This document shows, one piece after another, positions 8,755 through 16,650 of a DNA stretch of 64,000 nucleotides. The DNA comes from Candidatus Komeilibacteria bacterium CG11_big_fil_rev_8_21_14_0_20_36_20 (lineage in GTDB: Bacteria > Patescibacteriota > Patescibacteriia > UBA1558 > GWA2-36-10). The notes under the pieces are model-generated. The model was not told the DNA's origin. It saw only the letters and a program-made list of their open reading frames with translations, and made no database searches. Within the stretch, counting starts at the first letter, position 1. Each line of letters opens with the position of its first letter. Both the position numbers and the translations under genes were made by a program. The stretch spans positions 132-64,131 of the forward strand of contig PCWQ01000009.1 in the NCBI GenBank assembly GCA_002787405.1, written 5' to 3'.

Positions 8755-11484
8755 TTATTTTTTTAAATAATGTTTTAACTGGCCCCAGTTTGCGCCTACT
8801 TCAGCATCAACAACTAGAGGAATTGGCAACTGATAGATATTTTCCATAGTTTTTTTAGTGAATTTAACTACCTGATCTATGTCTGTTTGGGGCACTTCTA
8901 AAACTAATTCATCATGAACCTGTAGGACTATTTTAGTGTGGGAACTGATTTTTGGCAAATCTTGATTAACTTTAATCATAGCCATCTTCATGAGATCTGC
9001 GGCCGTGCCTTGTAGTGGCATATTAATCGCCATGCGTTCGGCGGTCGCTCTTAACATTGGCATTGATGAATTAATTTCCGGCAAATAACGGCGGCGACCA
9101 AATAATGTCTGGGCATAACCATGACGATGGGCAAATTGTTTAGTATGATCAATATATTTTTTAATATTTTTGTAAATATCAAAATATTTTACTATAAACT
9201 CTTTAGCTTCATTTCGATTTAAATCAGTTCTTTGAGCTAGCCCCAGTGAACCTAGACCATAGAGTACTCCAAAATTAACCTCTTTGGCTGTGCGGCGGAT
9301 TTCTTTAGTTACTTTTTCTAGAGGAATTTTATGAATTTCCGCAGCAGTCCGAGCATGAATATCTTCACCTTTTTTAAAACTAGCCATCATTTTAGGATCT
9401 TTAGAAATAGCAGCTGCTAAACGCAACTCAATCTGTGAATAGTCAACTGAAAGAAGCACAGAATTTTTCGGTGCCACAAAAGCATGGCGAATCTGTCGCC
9501 CTAAAGCCGTACGAATCGGAATATTTTGCAGATTAGGATTTGATGATGATAATCGACCGGTGGCTGTAATAGTTTGATTGAAGTTAGTATGGAGGCGATG
9601 AGTTTTCTTATTGATCAGCTCCGGTAAAGCAGTAATGTAAGTGGATTGCAATTTAGTTAGTTCTCGATATTCAATAATTAGTGGAATAATCGGATGAGAA
9701 TTTTTCATTTTGTCTAATTCAGCCGCAGCAGTCGATAATCCGGTTTTAGTTTTTTTAATTTTAGCTGAACTGATATCTAGTTTTTCAAATAAAACTTCTT
9801 TAAGCTGAAGAGGCGAGGAAATATTAAATTCCTGTCCCGCTGATTTAAATATTTTTTGGCTGATTTTTTTAATTTCTTTAGTAAATTCCTTCTCCATTTT
9901 ATGTAAAAATTCAATATCTAAATCCACACCATTAAGTTCTATTTGGGCTAATATTGGCGCTAAAGGTAGTTCAATTTTCTGTAATAAATCAAAATTTTTA
10001 TTATCTTTAATAATCGGAAGTAATTTATGATAAAGTCGTAAAGTAATATCAGCATCCTCAGCTGCATACCAAGCTAATTTAGCTAAAGGAATATTATTGA
10101 CATTGATTTCGTTCTTTTTCTTTGGTTTTTTTTCAAGGAGGTCAGCTAATTTTAATTTTTTATACCCTAAATAATTAAAAGATAGTTCCTCTAGTCGTAG
10201 GCCCATATTTAAGTTGATTAAATATCCAGCTAACATCGTGTCAAAGACTACTCCCTGAAAATTTATATTTAAAACTTTAAAAACCTTGTATTCAAATTTT
10301 GTATTATGACCCACCTTAGCTATTGTTCGATCCTCTAAAAGTGGCTTTAGTTTTTGCATAGCCAATTTTTTGAGGTCATTATTTTTAAAATTAATATAAA
10401 AACCATTTTTAGCTTGCCAAGAAAATGACAGACCTAATATTTCCGCAGTTAAGACATCTAAGCTAGAAGTTTCAGAATCTACAGCAATTAATTTTTGTTT
10501 TTTTAGCTGTTGATAAAATTTTTCAAAATCTTTGGAATTATTAATCAACTGATAATCGTTTTCTTTATTTAGAGTTAATGGATTATTATCAACACCAGAC
10601 TGTTGGTGGGGAATTTTTTTTAATAAAGAATTAAATTCCAGCTTTTGAAACACCCGATAGACTTTTTCCGGATCAAAGTCAGAAAAGGTAGCTTCGTCTA
10701 AGCTCCATTTTAGAGGAACATCTTGAACAATAGTTACTAATTTTTGGCTTTCAAAGGCCTCTTTTTTTTGTTCAGTCAATAATTGTCTAGTCCTTTCTTT
10801 TAAATCAGCATTTTTTAATTGACTATAAAGATTTTTGAGATCGCCAAATTGTTTGATTAAATCAAGGGCTCCTTTTTCACCAATGCCCCTGACACCCTTA
10901 ATATTATCTGAAGCATCACCTTGAATCGCTTTGAAATCAATTAATTGTTTTGGTTTTAGTCCGTAACGTTCTTTGACTGCTGCTAAATCATAAGTAATCG
11001 TATCATTAAAACCTCTTTTTAAAGTTAAAACATTAACGCGATCATTAACTAGTTGTAAAGCATCCAGATCACCAGTAATAATTGTGGTTTGCAAATCAGA
11101 ATATTTATTATAAGCTTGCTGACTGATTGTGCCGATAATATCATCAGCTTCAAAACCTTCTTTACTTAGGATTGGTATATTAAATGATTCTAAAACTTCT
11201 TGAGCTAGAGGTATTTGATTATAGAACTCATCAGCTTGTTTGACTCGTTGGGCTTTATATTCAGCGTATTCTTTATGGCGAAATGTTTTGCCGGCTAGAT
11301 CAAATGAAGCAATAATATAATTTGGCTTTAATTCTTTGATAATTTTTAATAATAATGAAGTATAGCCAAAAACAGCATTGACTAAAATGCCGTCTTTAGT
11401 GGTTAAAGGCGGGATGGCATGCCAGGCGCGATGAAGCAAAGCATGGCTGTCGATAATCACTAATTTTTTGAATTTTTTAGGCAT
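8755..11484 (-). CDS. polA: DNA polymerase I
   Basis: 5'-3' exonuclease (GFEADD, GDASDNIKGV), 3'-5' exonuclease (AVDSET), polymerase motifs DYSQIELR, AKEVNFGVLYG, QVHDEL. Confidence 0.98.
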   Translation of the reverse strand: MPKKFKKLVIIDSHALLHRAWHAIPPLTTKDGILVNAVFGYTSLLLKIIKELKPNYIIASFDLAGKTFRHKEYAEYKAQRVKQADEFYNQIPLAQEVLESFNIPILSKEGFEADDIIGTISQQAYNKYSDLQTTIITGDLDALQLVNDRVNVLTLKRGFNDTITYDLAAVKERYGLKPKQLIDFKAIQGDASDNIKGVRGIGEKGALDLIKQFGDLKNLYSQLKNADLKERTRQLLTEQKKEAFESQKLVTIVQDVPLKWSLDEATFSDFDPEKVYRVFQKLEFNSLLKKIPHQQSGVDNNPLTLNKENDYQLINNSKDFEKFYQQLKKQKLIAVDSETSSLDVLTAEILGLSFSWQAKNGFYINFKNNDLKKLAMQKLKPLLEDRTIAKVGHNTKFEYKVFKVLNINFQGVVFDTMLAGYLINLNMGLRLEELSFNYLGYKKLKLADLLEKKPKKKNEINVNNIPLAKLAWYAAEDADITLRLYHKLLPIIKDNKNFDLLQKIELPLAPILAQIELNGVDLDIEFLHKMEKEFTKEIKKISQKIFKSAGQEFNISSPLQLKEVLFEKLDISSAKIKKTKTGLSTAAAELDKMKNSHPIIPLIIEYRELTKLQSTYITALPELINKKTHRLHTNFNQTITATGRLSSSNPNLQNIPIRTALGRQIRHAFVAPKNSVLLSVDYSQIELRLAAAISKDPKMMASFKKGEDIHARTAAEIHKIPLEKVTKEIRRTAKEVNFGVLYGLGSLGLAQRTDLNRNEAKEFIVKYFDIYKNIKKYIDHTKQFAHRHGYAQTLFGRRRYLPEINSSMPMLRATAERMAINMPLQGTAADLMKMAMIKVNQDLPKISSHTKIVLQVHDELVLEVPQTDIDQVVKFTKKTMENIYQLPIPLVVDAEVGANWGQLKHYLKK

Positions 11485-11614
11485 ATTTTGTTTATATTTT
11501 AACTACTTTATAATACCATTTATAGTTAGTTATACCAATAGTTTATTCTTATTTTACCTTGACTTTTTAGGGTTTTCTTATATAATGTTTAAGGTATAAA
11601 CATTATTTTTTTAT

Positions 11615-11688
11615 GCGAGTGTAGTTCAGTTGGCTAGAACGTTTCCTTGCTAAGGAAAAGGTCGTCCCGCGTTGCGGGATCACTCGCT
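11615..11688 (+). pseudogene. tRNA-like duplicate of tRNA-Gly (anticodon GCT, altered T-arm, no CCA)
   Basis: Matches 11708-11781 except anticodon GCC->GCT and T-arm GTCCCGCGTTGCGGGAT in place of GCCGGTTCGAATCCGGT. Confidence 0.8.
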
Positions 11689-11707
11689 AGCAATAGTTAT
11701 TTAATAT

Positions 11708-11784
11708 GCGAGTGTAGTTCAGTTGGCTAGAACGTTTCCTTGCCAAGGAAAAGGTCGCCGGTTCGAATCCGGTCACTCGCTCCA
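11708..11784 (+). tRNA. tRNA-Gly(GCC)
   Basis: Full cloverleaf, loop TT-GCC-AA, TTCGAAT T-loop, encoded CCA. Confidence 0.97.
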
Positions 11785-11922
11785 CTCGATTCGTCTTTTG
11801 CTTCGCAAAAGTCTCACTCGTGGTCTACGGTGTTTACAACGCCTTCGACCATTCGTTTTGAGGAATTGAGTGTCCCGAGCGAAGCCCTCAAGCGAAGTCG
11901 AGAGGGCGTAGTCGAGGGACTA
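11785..11922. repeat. tRNA-adjacent palindromic element cluster
   Basis: CTTTTGCTTCGCAAAAG hairpin; GTCCCGAGCGAAG...GTAGTCGAGGGAC enclosing CCTCAAGCGAAGTCGAGAGG. Confidence 0.65.
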
Positions 11923-11940
11923 CTATAATTATTAAAATAT

Positions 11941-12026
11941 GCCGGCGTGGTGGAATTGGTAGACACGCAGGACTTAAAATCCTGTGGCCATTGGCCGTAT
12001 CGGTTCGAGTCCGATCGCCGGTACCA
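11941..12026 (+). tRNA. tRNA-Leu(TAA)
   Basis: Cloverleaf with long variable arm (TGGCCATTGGCCG), anticodon loop CT-TAA-AA, CCA end. Confidence 0.96.
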
Positions 12027-12170
12027 TCCTTAGCCCTAAGGCGAAGGATGTTTCGCGAAGCTTCTTGCCGTCACGTAGCCATAGCTACGCTATGGCGAAG
12101 CACGGTAGCGTAGCGTGGGCATTAAAGTGTTCAAAATATTTTATATACTTAGGCTTCGGATGGCACCGCC
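12027..12170. repeat. tRNA-adjacent GTAG/GAAG-type palindromic elements
   Basis: TCCTTAGCCCTAAGGCGAAGGA and CGTAGCCATAGCTACGCTATGGCGAAG hairpins. Confidence 0.55.
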
Positions 12171-12310
12171 ATTTATCTAAAAAACAAAAAAGACGCTAAG
12201 TACAGCGTTTTTTAATACTCTCTTGTTATTTAAATAGAACATTTTCCTATTTCCCGGAATTATTCCTCAAATTCAAAAGGACACCATACTTGATGTCCTT
12301 TTAGATATCT

Positions 12311-13084
12311 CTAAGAGATATTTTTAACTGGGACTACTTTCAGAATTTTGAGGGATACGATTTGGTAATTTAAGACCCCGAAAACACCACCGGCAACCAT
12401 GCCTATTAGTACATTACCCGTAAGATAACCTATACCACTGCCAATGGTCGCATCTATTCCGCAGAGCAGACGAATATCGGAATGAATGAGTAGAAATAAG
12501 AATTTAATAAATCTACCTAAGGTGCAGATGATACTCCATCCGGTTTTGAAAATGAAAGCGATCATAGCCGGCAGATGAGTAATGAATTTATATAGGCACC
12601 AAAGTGGAAGGAAAGTTGCTACAGATATAGGATTGCAATAAAGGGCGATAAGTTGGAAACTTTTTGTTATATTATTTTTCAACTTTGGTTGTTCTATAAG
12701 CGTTATCGTTAAGCCTATTAAAAAAACTAGCGATGTCATCAATCCTAAGAAACTGTACAGTAAGATATCAGGCTTGGCTATTAAAACTTCTCTTTTCGGT
12801 ATCGGATTTAATATAGCTATACCAAGGACGATAGATACTATACTGATATACACGCATATGAAGGCCACGGTGGCCCATTTAACCTCTTTACTTGGCCTCC
12901 AACTCGCAGCATTCCAAGCTTTCGGAACAGCAGCAATCACGGCTTTAAACTCATAGCTTAAATAGCCGGTCAATCCCCCCACAAGTAAACCTATCCACCA
13001 AAGATAGGGATTCATCTGCAAGGCCACAATGGAGCCAATCAAAGCCCCTAGAGCACAAGCCACAAATACTTTAGTAGTGTTCAT
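12311..13084 (-). CDS. hypothetical polytopic membrane protein
   Basis: 257 aa, several TM segments, SD GGAGGTG, own promoter, terminator at ~12274-12303. Confidence 0.75.
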   Translation of the reverse strand: MNTTKVFVACALGALIGSIVALQMNPYLWWIGLLVGGLTGYLSYEFKAVIAAVPKAWNAASWRPSKEVKWATVAFICVYISIVSIVLGIAILNPIPKREVLIAKPDILLYSFLGLMTSLVFLIGLTITLIEQPKLKNNITKSFQLIALYCNPISVATFLPLWCLYKFITHLPAMIAFIFKTGWSIICTLGRFIKFLFLLIHSDIRLLCGIDATIGSGIGYLTGNVLIGMVAGGVFGVLNYQIVSLKILKVVPVKNIS

Positions 13085-13264
13085 ACAACACCTCCATAAG
13101 TAATAATTGTAATGTTAATTTCAAATAACTTAGATAAGCTTATTGTAAAAATAGATCGCCAATTTGTCAAGTTGAAATTTTATATTTCCGACTATTTACA
13201 ATTTTGCTAGCAGCATATAAAATTTAAGAGAAATATAATACCCTAATTAAACTTTTAACGCTAT

Positions 13265-13690
13265 ATGAAAATTACAATTTGTGGAAGTGTAAAATTCGCA
13301 GACAAGCTGGTTGAGATTTATCATCAGCTCAAAGTTCTGGGGCATGAGCCCATGATGCACGATGAGATGTTTGGTATTGCCGACGGCACAGCCAAAGAAA
13401 TAATTGAAGGTTTAACTACCAATCACGCGGCTATCAAGAGAAAGTACGGCTTTATCAAATGGTGGCATGATTGTATTAAGAGTGGCGATGCTATTTTGGT
13501 CTGTAATTTTGATAAAAACGGCATTGCCAATTATGTTGGAGGCAATACTCTGATGGAAATAGGTTTTGCGCATGTCAATGACAAAAAAATATTTTTGTTA
13601 AATCCCATTCCTCAAGAAGTTTCATATACTACGGAAATTGAAGCTATGGTTGATAATATTATTGAAGGTGATTTGAATAAAATAGAATGA
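13265..13690 (+). CDS. nucleoside 2-deoxyribosyltransferase-like protein
   Basis: MKITICGS start, DAILVCN, YVGGNTLMEIGFA, KKIFLLNPIP. Confidence 0.65.
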   Translation: MKITICGSVKFADKLVEIYHQLKVLGHEPMMHDEMFGIADGTAKEIIEGLTTNHAAIKRKYGFIKWWHDCIKSGDAILVCNFDKNGIANYVGGNTLMEIGFAHVNDKKIFLLNPIPQEVSYTTEIEAMVDNIIEGDLNKIE

Positions 13691-13694
13691 GATT

Positions 13695-14105
13695 ATGAAA
13701 ATTAGAAATATCGCCATAATCATTTTATATAATTCTCAAAAGAAAATTCTTTTACAGCATCGCAGTGAAGATGCTGAGAGATTTCCCGGGCTTTGGGGCT
13801 GTTTTGGCGGCGGCATTGAAGATGGAGAAACTCCGCTAGAGGCAGCAAGAAGAGAAACTAAAGAAGAGCTAGGCTATTTATTATCCAAACCTAATTTAAT
13901 TTTAACTGAAGAATTTAAGGGTAAGCATCATGACGGCACGCGGCATTTTTTTGTCGAAGAATATAATCCAGCACAGAAATTGGTTTTAGGCGAAGGGCAG
14001 AATATGATGTGGTTGAGTTTTGCAGAAGCTAGAAAGCTGAAACTTTCAGGTATTGCCAGAGAGATCCTAGATCATATAGAAGATAATGAAATTTGGAAAA
14101 AATAA
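13695..14105 (+). CDS. NUDIX hydrolase
   Basis: Nudix box GGGIEDGETPLEAARRETKEELG. Confidence 0.92.
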   Translation: MKIRNIAIIILYNSQKKILLQHRSEDAERFPGLWGCFGGGIEDGETPLEAARRETKEELGYLLSKPNLILTEEFKGKHHDGTRHFFVEEYNPAQKLVLGEGQNMMWLSFAEARKLKLSGIAREILDHIEDNEIWKK

Positions 14106-14106
14106 T

Positions 14107-14523
14107 ATGAGAAGAATAATGATTTTTGGGACGTTTGATTTATTTCATCAAGGGCATCAGAATTTTTTAAAGCAAACTAGAGCCTATGGCGATTATTTGA
14201 TAGTAGTCATTGCTCGTGACCAGACTGTTTTAGAAATTAAAAAAAGAAAATCTCTAAATAATGAAAATAAGAGATTAAAAAATGTCTTAAAAAGTGGGTT
14301 AGCAGACAAAGTAATTTTAGGCAGTTTAGATAATAAGTATCAAGCTATTCAAGAATTTAGGCCAGATATAATTTGTCTGGGCTATGATCAAAAGAATTTT
14401 ATTGATAAGCTGGAAGCAGAATTAGAAAAAATAGGGTTAAATAAAACTAAGATTATTAGGCTCAAAGCTTTTAAGCCAGAGATTTTTAAAGCCTCAAAGC
14501 TAAGATTAAAATTAAAGATTTAA
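14107..14523 (+). CDS. cytidylyltransferase-family protein (archaeal RibL FAD synthase-like)
   Basis: FGTFDLFHQGH, VVIARD, PDIICLGYDQ; likely start at 14107. Confidence 0.8.
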   Translation: MRRIMIFGTFDLFHQGHQNFLKQTRAYGDYLIVVIARDQTVLEIKKRKSLNNENKRLKNVLKSGLADKVILGSLDNKYQAIQEFRPDIICLGYDQKNFIDKLEAELEKIGLNKTKIIRLKAFKPEIFKASKLRLKLKI

Positions 14524-14530
14524 ATTTTTT

Positions 14531-14791
14531 ATGAAAATAGAGAAAAAAATTTGGCCGGAATTTTTTCAGAAGATTCTGGAGGGGGATAAAACATTTGAAT
14601 TGCGTTTGGCGGATTTTGAATGTCATCCAGAAGACATTTTAGTATTGAAAGAATGGGATCCAAAAACAAAAAAATATACTAGTCGTCAATTAGAGAAAAA
14701 AATAACTTATGTTTTAAAAACAAAAGATGTTAAATTTTGGACTCAAGAGGAGATGGATAAATATGGGTTTCAGATAATTTCTTTTAAATAA
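14531..14791 (+). CDS. ASCH/PUA-like (DUF3850) protein
   Basis: KKIWPEFFQKILEGDKTFELR..D....D.LVLKEWDP. Confidence 0.75.
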   Translation: MKIEKKIWPEFFQKILEGDKTFELRLADFECHPEDILVLKEWDPKTKKYTSRQLEKKITYVLKTKDVKFWTQEEMDKYGFQIISFK

Positions 14792-14904
14792 TATATTAAT
14801 TATTAAAACAACTGGAAAGAGCTGTTTTTTTGTTTAATAAAAAATCAAGTTAATTAACTTGATTGATTTGGCCGAGCCAGCCCTAGTTTTGAAGAAGCGA
14901 AGAC

Positions 14905-14978
<74 letters not shown>

Positions 14979-15027
14979 AAATATAAAATAACTTAACAGA
15001 TTTTATAATTTTAGGCAAGCATTAGCT

Positions 15028-15207
15028 TCAAGAAAATTTTTCTTTAAATTCATTTTCCTCTCTTACAAAAAATCCCCAGCCAAACTTATCACGATATTTA
15101 CCAAAGTAGAGTATCATTTTTTGTCCATCGTTAGAATTGGTAGCGTTGGTTATTTTACATATTTTTAAATAATGACATTGGCTTTTATGATGTTTAACTA
15201 ATTTCAT
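15028..15207 (-). CDS. small protein, DUF1653-like (59 aa; below ORF-track cutoff)
   Basis: MKLVKHHKSQCHYLKICKITNATNSNDGQKMILYFGK...FFVREENEFKEKFS; starts 9 nt after the IMPase stop. Confidence 0.6.
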   Translation of the reverse strand: MKLVKHHKSQCHYLKICKITNATNSNDGQKMILYFGKYRDKFGWGFFVREENEFKEKFS

Positions 15208-15216
15208 TTTATTATA

Positions 15217-16011
15217 CTAAGCAAATTTTTTAACGTATTTTAAAATTTGTAGATGAAGTTTTTTATTGCTAGCCACTAAATTTTTAGAATTAGGAGTCCA
15301 TTGATGGCCTTTAAAATCAGTAACAATACCACCAGCTTCGCGGACTAATAAGACTCCAGCTGCTAAATCCCAGATTTTACCACCAGGCAAAATTAAAGCA
15401 TCAGTGTGCCCGCCAGCGACCATAGCCAACTCCAAGGTAGTGCTGCCAAAATGGCGGATATTGGTTGTGCGAGGGTGAAAATACTCATAGATTTGAAAAG
15501 CTTTTTTATAGTTACTTGGGCCGGCTCCGTGGCAATAATTAATAAAAGATTTGTTGAGTTTAGAAATAGAAGAAATTTTTATTTTTTTATTATTTTTATA
15601 GGATCCTTTATTTTTAATTGCCCAATACATTTCATCAAGCAGAGGCATAAAAGTAATGGCCATTACTATTTTATTTTGGTAAAGTAGAGCAATAGAAACA
15701 GAAAAAATTGGATTATGAACTGTAAAATTATGAGTGCCATCAAGAGGATCCACCACCCAAGAGCATTTATTTTTCTGGCTATCTAGGCCACTTTCTTCAG
15801 ATAGACTGCCATAGCTTGGGAAATGTCTTTTAAGATGTTTAAAGATTATATCTTCTACTTTCTGGTCGCAACGGGTCACCATCTCGCGCGGACTTTTGTA
15901 TTTTTCTCCGCCGCGTTGGTATTTAAAAAATTCTTTTTTTAAATATTGACCTGCTTCTCGGGCAGCCTGTTGGGATATTTTTAATTCTTTTTGGTACATT
16001 TTATATTTCAT
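15217..16011 (-). CDS. suhB: inositol monophosphatase family protein (SuhB-like)
   Basis: SEE, WVVDPLDGTHNF, WDLAAGVLLVREAGG. Confidence 0.88.
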   Translation of the reverse strand: MKYKMYQKELKISQQAAREAGQYLKKEFFKYQRGGEKYKSPREMVTRCDQKVEDIIFKHLKRHFPSYGSLSEESGLDSQKNKCSWVVDPLDGTHNFTVHNPIFSVSIALLYQNKIVMAITFMPLLDEMYWAIKNKGSYKNNKKIKISSISKLNKSFINYCHGAGPSNYKKAFQIYEYFHPRTTNIRHFGSTTLELAMVAGGHTDALILPGGKIWDLAAGVLLVREAGGIVTDFKGHQWTPNSKNLVASNKKLHLQILKYVKKFA

Positions 16012-16501
16012 TTAAGAAAATTAATTTTGATTTCATATCATCTAGATCTATAAGGGCAAAAGAAGGGGAGTAGAGAAGGTTAGCGATGTTGCCTGGATTT
16101 AAAATTCGGGTGCCTTGATAATATTCTTCCCAGGGCTGATGAGTATGGCCGTGCAGAGCTAGATCATATTTTTTTTCAGTACTGTTGAGAGCTTGTTTAA
16201 CAATATCTGGATAATGGTTAAAAATAATTTTTCTATTGGCTATTTCTATTTTTCCCAAAGGATCAAATATTTTTATATTTTTTAAATCTTTTAATCGGTC
16301 AACTAGCGTGACGTCAGCGTTACCAATGGCTCCAAAGGTGGGGAAAGGCAGTTGATCAATCTTTTGCCAGACCTCAAAACTTTGTCCGTCTCCGGTAAAA
16401 ATTAAATAATTGACTTCGGTTTTTTTTAGAATATATTGCAAAGCTTTATCCAAATTAGCCAAGTTATCATGAATATCAGAAATAACTGCTAGTTTTTTCA
16501 T
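16001..16501 (-). CDS. YfcE-like metallophosphoesterase
   Basis: ISDIHDN, GD, GNAD, HGHTH, NPG motifs. Confidence 0.9.
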   Translation of the reverse strand: MKKLAVISDIHDNLANLDKALQYILKKTEVNYLIFTGDGQSFEVWQKIDQLPFPTFGAIGNADVTLVDRLKDLKNIKIFDPLGKIEIANRKIIFNHYPDIVKQALNSTEKKYDLALHGHTHQPWEEYYQGTRILNPGNIANLLYSPSFALIDLDDMKSKLIFLNEI

Positions 16502-16650
16502 CCTATTAGAAATTAATTATGATTTTTACTTTTGTCCCGAAGAAGATTTAGTGTTTTAATTTCTGACGGGATCCATATTATTATAACATATTTAGTTATA
16601 AAAGCAGCCAGGTAAAAGTTTACCCAGCTGCTTTAGTGATGTTATTAAGT

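Noticed and set aside
11615..11688. attL/attR of an integrated element at tRNA-Gly
   Set aside because: The copies are only 19 nt apart, the duplicate is full length, and no integrase or cargo lies between them.
11740..12199. ORFs 11740-11928 and 11984-12199
   Set aside because: They overlap tRNA-Gly, tRNA-Leu and palindromic repeats; spurious.
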